DNA from: Peribolospora baueri
Lineage: Eukaryota
DNA length: 20,000 bases
NCBI GenBank assembly: GCA_029717555.1
Contig: JAMDHS010000105.1
Location: 47,692-67,691, forward strand
Direction: 5' to 3'
Shown: positions 11,482-20,000 of the stretch, piece by piece
Layout of the letters: every line of letters begins with the position of its first letter
How positions within the stretch are numbered: position 1 is the first letter of the stretch
Made by a program: the position numbers and the translations under genes
The notes under the pieces: generated by a model
What the model saw: only the letters and a program-made list of their open reading frames with translations
Databases searched by the model: none
What the model was told of the DNA's origin: nothing

Positions 11482-11498
11482 AATCAATCAATCAATCA
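11482..11498 (+). repeat. (AATC)4 microsatellite upstream of the MetAP gene
   Basis: AATCAATCAATCAATCA read directly. Confidence 0.8.
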
Positions 11499-11589
11499 TT
11501 CTGTCCAGTTCGGGTGCCGCTTCGCATTAATCGGTGTGACACTCCCATTGAAGGCTTCAGCTCGCAGTTTGGCAGCATCGCTGGTAGAC

Positions 11590-13578
11590 ATGGCTTCGGT
11601 ATGGAGGGCCGCCCGACGAGCGGAGCTGCCACCCCTCACGACCGCCGGAGGAGTCTGGCAAACAGTTGTGCGACTACGGGGCCCGAGGAGGGGGAGCTTC
11701 GCCGCGGCAAATGAGGGCAAGGGCAGGCTGCCCAGATCGTTCTCGTCTTCTCCGATTTCGTCGCTGTTCAAGGCCTTCTCCCCACCCTCCGACGGGAGTG
11801 CCTTCGGCCGGTACACTGTCCTTTGTCCTCCATCATCCTCTTCAGTCACCCCCTTCCCTGACGCACCCCTTCGAACCGTGCCACATCGCATACGCCGACC
11901 GCTTTATGCGCTTCCTGAATCGGGAGGCACGGAGGCGGGAGATGGGTACGAGGGAGAGGAGGGTATTGGAGACGAAGAAAAGGGAAGGATAGATGGAGGT
12001 GACATGGCGATGCGCGTGCGGGCAGCGGCGAGGTTGGCAAAGGAGGTGTTAAGGACGGCAGGTGCGCTGGCGAAGGTGCGTCGAGCTTATACCTGCCTCG
12101 CTGCCGGTGACGGGAAATGAGATGAGACTGGGAATTGCAGCGGAACCGACGTACCACTCTCTAATCCTTCAACTCAACGACCCATCAAGGTCGGCACGAC
12201 GACAGACGAGATCGACGCCCGCCTGCACAAACTCATCGTCTCCAAAGGCGCCTACCCGTCTCCGCTCGGCTACTCCCGCTTCCCGAAATCAGTGTGCACG
12301 AGCGTGAATAATGTGCGTTCGTGAGGCAGTTCAACCCCGCCATTGCGACCACTTTCCTTGATGGTCTGTGATGTGCGGTTCCTGCTGGAAAGTGAGGGTG
12401 CAGCCCCTTTCGTCTCGCTCATCCGTTTTTGTTTCTGCTTGCGCTTCTGGGTCGCCTGGGAATAGGTTATCGCCCATGGCATTCCAGACGAGTGAGTCTG
12501 GCCATCCATGAACGTCGTGCGCATCGGAGCGTCGGTTTCCCTTGGCTTTCTCACCTTAGTGACGATTCTGCGGTCCCCAATTCATGATCTTCGAAAATCT
12601 TCACCACTTCCCCACTGTCGCGCCCATAAGCCGCCCTCTCGAGTCCGGTGACATCGTCAACGTGGACGTGACTGTTTATCTCGACGGCGTGCATGGTGAT
12701 ACTTCTGATAGCTTCCTCGTCGGCGACGTGGTGCGTCCCGATCCCTCTTCCATTCTTGCTTCCTTCCACCAGCTAATTTGTGACTGAACTCTCATTCCTT
12801 CCCCCGGAATATCGTATGCGCGCATCGCAGGATGAGCGAGGAAGACACCTAGTTTCGACGACCCGTGAGGCACTCTGGGCTGGCATCCGAGCTTGTGGGC
12901 CCGGACGACCCTTCAAGGATATCGGACGAGCAATTAGGTGAGCGAGGTCAGACAGAGCCGGGTCAATTTTATCTGGTCCGTGGAGTCGAAGCGAGCTGAT
13001 CCGTCACCCGTCTCTTACGCACTTTCACATACGTTTTCAATCCCAGCTCGTATGCCTACGCAAATGGCGAATACCTCGTTAACCCTCAGTTCACAGGGCA
13101 TGGCATCGGAGAGAAGTTCCATACTCCGCCCTGGATCCTGCATCACGCCAATGACGAACCCGGTGAGCTTGCCTATTGCGATCAAAGCTTAACGTCGGCG
13201 CGTGCTTGACTTTGCTGGCGCTGTCGTCTCTTACTTCTCCCTTTCTCAGGTGTTATGAGACCAGGTCATCTCTTCACCATCGAGGTTAGCCCCATAGCCC
13301 ATGGTCTCCCCATCTGCTGTCTTACCGGCGTTGACACCTTTGCCATCCCCCCATTCGCCCCGACCCCTCCTCCTTTTCATGCCCCCGCCCCCCTTTTCCA
13401 GCCTTCACTCGTCCAACCGCCGCCTCCGTCATCCCGCCACACGTCCCCACTTGCGGCTGCCTCGGGCTTCATGTGGCCGGACGAGTGGACGGTGTCGACG
13501 CGCACGGGAGCGAGGAGCGCTCAGGCCGAACACATGGTCCTCGTCACGACGGACGGGGTGGAGGTGCTCACTGCTTGA
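11590..13578 (+). CDS. METAP1D: Methionine aminopeptidase type I, mitochondrial MetAP1D-like. Exons 11590-12075, 12190-12312, 12466-12491, 12631-12730, 12831-12937, 13047-13162, 13250-13284, 13402-13578
   Basis: [87 protein letters not shown]: all five metal ligands (D,D,H,E,E) present. The N-terminus is Arg/Ser-rich and lacks the zinc finger of cytosolic Map1. Confidence 0.92.
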
Positions 13579-13975
13579 CGCCGTCCGTGTCATACATAGA
13601 CAGCAGGGGGAAGCATGTGATAGAAATCCTAGCGCAATCCTCTGAAGGTCAAAATGAGAGCAGACTTTCGTCCCCACCTCCACCACCACCACCACCAATT
13701 CAGGAGACCCGTCTGTCCGTCCTCGTCGCGCGGCGACTCGAAGGAAAAAACACACTGAGCCAAGATTGTCACGTGTGCATGGAGCGGTGGTGTTTTGCAA
13801 GCTAGTATACAAGCCGACGGCCAAGCGCTTGCCTCGCTCATTCAACGCCTATTTTGAGTGTTGGCGTGCCTCGCAGACAGCGTTCCGAGGCAAGCCACGG
13901 AGAGCGAGTTTCGCCCGCGGCCGGGCGAACGGACAGGAAGCGGTGCGAAGGACGCCAAGCGAAGCCGTTTCCGTT

Positions 13976-16376
13976 TTACTTGTTCGCCGTTGGCTGCGGC
14001 TGTGCCCCCTGCTGCTGCTGCTGCTGCTGCTGCCCGCCTGCGCCGCCGAACGGAACACCTTTAGAGAACTGCGAGGGTCACAAAGAAATTGCCGCGAGGA
14101 CCGTCAATCCGTCTCCTCTCTCCTTTCCCTAGGTCTTTCATTCGCTGGCTCAAAACCACCTCTCGAAAAAACTCCGAAGAAGACAGGCGGTAGGCCGACT
14201 CACAAAGTCGAAAGCGGCCGACTTCATCTCCTGCATCTGTTTCTGCCTCTCCTCCTCAAGCACGCGCTTCATCTCCGGCTCCTGCTTCTTCCAATACTCT
14301 TGGTCCTCGAGGTAAGCCTGCTGGAACTGCTTACGCATCTGCTCGATCGGGAGCTCTGGTGGCTGGGCTGAGGCGCTCGGACGCTGTGATATGTTGTAGA
14401 CAGGGACGGTGACGAGAATCGACTCTGGTGAGCGTCCGTTTCGACGGGAGGGCGATAGCTCGACCATACTAGCACGACAGCTGAGCGTAGGGTCTTCTTC
14501 GGAGAGAGTCTGCACTCACCCCGGTGTTCAAGCCAAACAAGCCTCCCAGCCCTCCCAAGCTAGGCTTCTCCTTCTTCCTCTTTTGTTCCTCCTCCCACTG
14601 CTCGACGATGCGCCTCTTGATGATCGCCTCGCGCCGGGCGTACTCGGTAGGGACGTGGGTGCCTTCGAAGGACTTGAGCAGAGGCCGCACGTCTTTCACG
14701 TCGTATTGGCCGATGACGATCGCTGTGTCACGTTGCGAAATGAAAATGAAACACCGGGGAGCAGAAATTAAATGAGGACAGTAAGCAGGACGAACGACGG
14801 TGTTGGGACGTTTTTGCTCCCCAGCATGCTCACACTCCAAGAACGGGATGAGCGCCACCAGCTCCGTGTCATTCTTCTCCCCCTTCCAAGGCTTGACATA
14901 GACCGCGTTCTCAGGCTGCAGCGAGTAATGCTCCGGTTTGGTGTCGAGAATGATGACCTTTGCAAGGTCCCTGTTGAGATAGGAGAGGTCTTTGACTATT
15001 TTTCCGTCCTTGAAGCGTGTCGCCTCGCGGAATAGCTTGTAAGGCATGTAGAGGCCGTAGGGATCCAGCTTCTCCGCAATCGGGGCGGCGCTCTGCGTGA
15101 AGGGGATGAGGGGGTGGCATCATGTTACGAGGCCGGAAAGGATGGGCGTGAGACGATGACTCAGTGGTGCGAGCTAAGAGGCCTTTGGAGACGTCTGCAC
15201 ACTCACGTATGCGGGTTGAGAAGTGAAGAGGACAATCTCGTAGAACTGGGACAGGTAAGCGAGGAAGTAGTCCACACCGGGTCGCTTCGCCGTTCGCCAA
15301 CCAGTTTCTCGCTGAAGTGTCGGCGTAAAAAGCGATGCAAAAGTCGAGAAAAGCCGAAAGACGGAGTTAGTGAGGGCGACGGTAACGCCAGGCGCGTCGT
15401 CGAAAGGGTCACCAGCGACTCACGGTCCACTCAGAATGAATGAGGAGATCCTCAAGGTCGACGAGAAGGGTGAAAGGACGCTGGTGAGGAGGTGGCAAGA
15501 GGTCTGGAAGGAGCGTATCCCAGGCCGGCTTGTTGAAAGTCTGGACGGAGCAAAGGAAGAGGAGAGCGACGATCAGCTTCGCCCAAGGCTACGATGCGGT
15601 AGGGGTGCAGAATGGAGAGACATCGAGTGCTCACATCCAGGAGATCGGAAAAGCGCAGCTTGACACGGCCGAATCGAGAGCCAGAGTTGGGATCCTAGAG
15701 GAGGGGCCAGAGGAAGTGCCTAGAGATCAGGGTCTGCCAAGGGCATGAGATGGTCGGGGTAGAACGCTGTCCAGAGTGGCGACGCGGTCTGCGACAAAGC
15801 ATACAGCCAGGACAGGAGGAGAAGCGCCAAAGAGCGTACGAATCGGAATCGACTCACGTTTTCATGCTCCATCTTCTCCCTATCCGTCTCCCACTCCCTG
15901 CCCAAATGCCAAGCGCCGCCTGCTAAGCCGCCGACGGCGAGGGCGGCGACGACGCGGAGCATCATCTGCCTCCTCTTCTCGATGCTGCTCATGGAGCGCT
16001 TCCCAGCGGTGCTCCTCGCCCCGGTCGTCTCCCCGGGGAAGTGCTGGTCGTCTCCACCTCCGGCGGATCCAGCGCGCGCTTCGTCAGGCGTGGGATGGAG
16101 CTCTTCGGCGGCAAGCAGATCCTGCGCGAGCGTCGTCTCTGGCACCTTCTTGGCCTTGGTCGCGGAGGCAGCGGATTGCCCTTGAGCGTCATGGCTCCCT
16201 TCGGGCGTTCGTTCTTCCTTCTTATCGTCCTTGTCCTTCTTTCCGGTGGCATACGTTCGCGAGGCCGCTGAGCGGGTCAGAAAGGTGGGAGACAAGTGGG
16301 CGGGAGCGGAGAGGGGGTAGCTCCGCGGAAGAGCGGAGCGGAAGGCTGCCGCGGAGCGGAGAGTGGGCAAGGCCAT
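13976..16376 (-). CDS. TIM50: Tim50, TIM23 complex presequence receptor. Exons 16376-15858, 15694-15635, 15540-15424, 15311-15207, 15092-14834, 14722-14520, 14383-14204, 14068-13976
   Basis: Presequence-like N-terminus, SSIEKRR, TM helix then [97 protein letters not shown]. All junctions are in frame. Confidence 0.96.
14009..14032 (-). repeat. (CAG)8 repeat encoding poly-Gln in the last Tim50 exon
   Basis: (CTG)8 on the + strand; the last exon reads [30 protein letters not shown]. Confidence 0.85.
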
Positions 16377-16817
16377 GGAGAGAAGAGAAGGAGGGAGGGA
16401 TGGCGGGGGAAGAGGAGTGGTAGTCGGTGTTGGACGGACGGATGGAGGTGAAAACGAGAAGGATGGAAGTGATCGGTCGCGGCAAAGAAGAATTCACGGA
16501 AGACGCCGAGAGCGGGAAAATAATGGACGTCATCTGTTCTATCATCCTCCTCGACATCGACATCCCATCTCAGTGTGGCATTCGAAAAGCCGTCAGCGAC
16601 GCCTGCGTGCGTGGCCAGAACCGCCATCGCACGGCTCGCAATCGCACCCGACCAAAGGTGCAAGACGAGAGAGAGAGACGGACGTAACCGAGGCGTACCG
16701 CCCAATTTTGGATTCCCGTACACAACAGGGGAATGATGACTAGTAGGACAGGACGAAGCTACGGTACACACGCCGACACGTCCCCCGAACATTCGCTCAC
16801 CCGCTACCGACCGACGC

Positions 16818-18978
16818 TCAGGCGGCCACCCGGCCCTCCTGGGCGCTCTCCGCCGTCGCATGCACGTCCTGCACGCTCGTCACACCGACACCGCCGTTGG
16901 CCGCCTCCAAAGCAGCAGGAGTCGCTGCAGCAGCAGAAGTGGTGGCCGGCGCCTGACTGTTCCTAACGACGTTAAGGATGCTGCGCAAACTCGACTCCCA
17001 CGAGCTCAGTCGCTCCTCAAGGGTGCGCCACTGCTCTGGGCCAAAGGTGCGGAAGGACGAGCGGTAGACTCGGAACGTTTGCGTCACTTGGGACAGCTTT
17101 CCGGTTACCAGACCTGCACGGATCACTACGGGAGGGACAAGAAAGAGCAGGAGGTGGAGGATTGAGCGATTCAGACTTGCCGACGTGTGGTGAATCGTGA
17201 CCAAGGTGCAAAACACGCCGCGCAGCACGCCTGACGGGACAGCAAGAGACGCACCGTCGATGACCCAAATTTCAACATCTTTGACGTCCACCTGGAGTGC
17301 ATTTGCTATGTCGGTGTACGGCACCTCCTTGGAGACGCTCTTAGTGCACAAGGTGGCCAAGTCAAGCCGCCGGATCTTTCGGATCAGCTCCTCAGGGGAG
17401 AGGGCTGTAAGTGGAGATTGGAAGGTGAATAGGATGAAGCGAGTCAGAAGAACGTGTTCGAACCAAAAAAAAAACGACAGCAAACCAAACCACCGACGGA
17501 GCCGTTTTTGCGGCTGCAAGTCTGAGCGTCGAACCGACGGCGGCACTCACAATACTTCTCCAGAACCCCAGCATTGCCCGCTTCCCAAGCCTTGTACTGC
17601 TGCAAGTCGCCCGTCAAGAAGATCTTGAGCAGCGCGAATAGGTCCTCATCCTTGAGCGCCTGCACGGCGGGGATCTGGAGGAGCGGCTCGAAATCGAACC
17701 TGTTCGGATCGCGCAGGGCTGTGGCGACGGCAGAAAGGGCAGCGGCGCGGGCGGGTTGAGCGGTGAGGATGGAGGCGGGGAGGGAGCGGAGGTGGCGGAG
17801 GCGGAAGTCGTGGGATTCCCGACTTGAGACGAGCGAGCAAAACGTATCATGGAAAAGATGATGGCCAAATCGAGCTACAAGTCAGCATATCGCCTCGAGT
17901 TCCAACGCGCCACCCATATACTGCCTAGAATAACGCGAGATGACGCACGGCAAACCAGCCTTCTCGAGCGTCTCAGCGGTAGCCTTGAGAACCTCGCTCT
18001 TCTGCTCTTCAGAGATCTGCCACTCAGCGAGCCACTTGTCGAGGCTGGTGAGCGCCAAGTGCAGAACGTCCATCTCCTCGTTCCGCCCTGCCAAAGAGAC
18101 GAGGGCATTGAATACGGTGAAGCGGAGGGGAGAGGAGGAGGGGAGGGTGTTGAAGATGTTGGACAAGCTGTGATATGAGGAGAGGTAACGGATGACCTTG
18201 CTTCTCTCAGCTTCGGAGAACGGCAGATATGTGATGAAAACGAGTGCTCTCACATTCGGTACTTGAGCATGCTCTTGTCGGCCATCTCATCGCCAGAAAC
18301 GGCCTCGACGAGCTGGTTGATAAGCGCTGTTCGCTTCTCGGACTCGACGGCAAAGTTGGCGAGGACGAGGGCGGTGAGCAAGTTATAGAAACCTTCGATC
18401 TCTGTGCGCCGGAAACATCAAGAGATAGGGAAAAAGTCGGACTGAGCGCTATGACGGCATTGGCAGGAAGATTTCCACTGTGGCTGCAATACCCTTCCGC
18501 TTTGGTCCGCCTAGCATGCACTAGCGACGGAGCGCCTCATCTGCTCACCTCTGTCACTGCTGCCCTCAGCAACATGCCCCGCCTCCCCCACCAGCTTCTC
18601 CACCACAGCGGCCTTCTTCTCCGAGTCCTCCTCTCCCGCTTCAACGGCAGCTTGCTGGAAGGGGGCAATGTAATCGTTGCGCTCCGCCTCAGGCTTGGAG
18701 CGCGAGAGGAAGGCGGCGAGCTCGACGACCTGAAAGGACGAGAGGAGTGGAGTGGGGACGGACGAGAGGAGAAAGAACGACAAGCCCGGCATAAGCACGC
18801 GTTGCGTGACACTTGCGCCCGAGAGCAACCGACAACTCGGACGGCACGGAAACTCCAACCCCATGCCCGCTTGCGTGGGCCCGCTAGGCTCACTTGACCT
18901 GACCTGACTTGATTTGACTTCACTCACCTGCTCCTCGAACGTGCCCTCTACTAGGACGGTGACCAGATCGGTGCTCAT
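16818..18978 (-). CDS. EIF3M: Translation initiation factor eIF3 subunit M (PCI domain). Exons 18978-18928, 18729-18549, 18401-18254, 18167-17949, 17822-17551, 17404-17255, 17125-16818
   Basis: EGTFEEQVVELAAFL, EIEGFYNLL, KYRILSNIFNTLPSSSPLRFTVF, FDFEPLL, RKIRRLDLATL, VPYTDIANALQV, VEIWVIDVIRAGLVTGKLSQ, RTFGPEQWRTLEERLSSW, as in fungal eIF3m. Confidence 0.95.
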
Positions 18979-19357
18979 GTTGGGCGACGTGGAAATCACC
19001 AACGCCGGAGCGGATAATCCTTTTCGAGCGCCGGGTGTGGCTGGAGGGTGGCCTTGGAGTGACGAGAAAGGGTAGGGAAGAGGAGGAGAAGTGGTATATG
19101 CTCTAGCTTGCCCAGCTGATCTGATTTGCCTTCTTGCGTTGTCGAGACTTGGGGCGACTCGGGAAGTCTTCACGGCAGCGGTTAGGGTTATCTAGTTCCC
19201 GCTTATGGCCTCTCAAAGCCGTTCACATAGCCACGTGATATCATTTGCCTCGTGCGGACGGCATTAAGCGGCTCGGACTTTCCGAACGCAAAATTTTGTG
19301 CTCGGCGAAAAAAAGAAAAAAGAAAAATGCGAGGATGCCGCAGTCGGGGGACTAAGT

Positions 19358-19365
19358 TATAAAAA
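19358..19365 (+). promoter_or_regulatory. TATA box of the U3 gene, within the eIF3m/U3 divergent promoter
   Basis: TATAAAAA starts 44 nt upstream of the predicted U3 5' end and is preceded by long A-tracts (19308-19327). Confidence 0.7.
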
Positions 19366-19401
19366 GAGGGGCTGGACGGGCATCCCCGTTTTCTTTTCCC
19401 C

Positions 19402-19649
19402 ATCGACACATACTCGCAGAATCTCTTTATAGGTTCTCACCGTATTTGTCTTGCAAAGTTCAACTTTGCCACAATCTCTAACGGTGGACGATGAGCATTC
19501 CGGGTTCATGCGCGCTCTCGAGACAGTGACGTTGGGCTCTTTCAGAGCCCTGGATGATCTGTGACCCCCGCTGTGGCCGCTAGCGTCTCTTCGGAGTGCT
19601 ATGCGCGTTTCCGGGCGGGGGGGAGCGCGCCCCGAGTTCTGACCTGTCC
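19402..19649 (+). ncRNA. U3: U3 box C/D snoRNA (~248 nt), intronless
   Basis: Boxes in the expected order: ATCGAC start (GAC box), box A' TACTC (19411-15), box A GCAGAATC..TTTATAGG (19416-33), hinge hairpin GCAAAGT/ACTTTGC then GCCACA, box C' GATGA (19490-94), box B-like ACAGTGA (19523-29), hairpin GGGCTCT/AGAGCCC, box C GGATGA (19552-57), GC-rich arm with a C(UUCG)G tetraloop (19589-94), long-range stem GCGCGCTC (19510-17)/GAGCGCGC (19623-30), box D CTGA (19639-42). The exact ends are estimates. Confidence 0.9.
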
Positions 19650-19710
19650 TTTTCCCCTTCCCTTCCCTTCCCTTTCTTTTTTTCTTTTTCTTTTTTCCCG
19701 ACCTTTTTGG
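19650..19710 (+). terminator. T-rich/pyrimidine tract directly after U3, possible 3'-end formation or termination signal
   Basis: T4 immediately follows the predicted 3' end, then multiple T5-T7 runs. Confidence 0.45.
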
Positions 19711-19807
19711 CTCGCTCGTCTCTGTTTTGCTCGCATAGTTCGTTTGGCATGCGCTACTCGTGTATTCGCGTCGTCCCGAATTCTACTCGACTTCTCCGAA
19801 TCCATAA

Positions 19808-20000
19808 CTATGAGACCTTCTGTTTTTGAAGACAATGGCCTTGGTCTCCAGTGTGAATGAGGGCGAAGCAGGACGTCCTGCAATCCCATTCGACGAGCAA
19901 GTCCCATAGTTGTGCTGGAAGCGTTGTTCGCTGTCCACCTGTCGTCGCTACGCCTACACTACATACATGACTTGAGTACGGGCAGGTTGCGTAGTGGAGC
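19808..20000 (-). CDS. Possible 3' end of a minus-strand gene entering from the right edge
   Basis: A GTATGT donor-like site near 19966 and a TTCCAG acceptor near 19915 would join APLRNLPVLKSS-QLWDLLVEWDCRTSCFALIHTGDQGHCLQKQKVS*. No homology recognised. Confidence 0.25.
   Translation of the reverse strand, partial: LHYATCPYSSHVCSVGVATTGGQRTTLPAQLWDLLVEWDCRTSCFALIHTGDQGHCLQKQKVS

Noticed and set aside
13675..13697. Short (CAC)n run
   Set aside because: An ordinary microsatellite in the convergent 3' UTR region.
15720..15790. In-frame continuation after Tim50 exon 1 via a CAG acceptor near 15789
   Set aside because: It ends in a stop at 15720 and lacks Tim50 similarity. The acceptor at 15695 restores the conserved sequence. 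A poison-exon role cannot be excluded without RNA data.
19561..19907. Overlapping ORFs at 19561-19860, 19596-19829 and 19599-19907
   Set aside because: They run through the U3 3' domain and the T-rich tract, giving low-complexity F/K/R translations that are not protein-like.
1..20000. Prokaryotic-type systems (CRISPR, operons, IS elements), transposons and TPP riboswitch
   Set aside because: The DNA is spliceosomal-intron-rich fungal sequence. I saw no repeat-spacer array, transposase or RT motifs, terminal repeats, or TPP aptamer core in a thiamine gene.

Overview
Intron-rich, GC-rich eukaryotic DNA from a basidiomycete fungus (protein style suggests Ustilaginomycotina; this is inference). 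It is a compact housekeeping region, with gene models assembled by hand across splice sites. In order: 5' part of an MCH1-like MFS transporter (-), VAC14 (+, 11 exons), TOM7 (-, 53 aa, needs a GC-AG intron, not recoverable from the ORF track), eIF3f (+), a Zn-independent MDR oxidoreductase (+), an orphan single-pass membrane protein (-), a mitochondrial-type methionine aminopeptidase (+), TIM50 (-), eIF3m (-) and an intronless U3 snoRNA (+) with an unusual box A. No mobile element or CRISPR array was seen. The most notable points are the hidden TOM7 and U3 genes, a U3 box A variant that predicts a compensatory 18S change, and the co-location of eIF3f with eIF3m and of TOM7, TIM50 and the mitochondrial MetAP.
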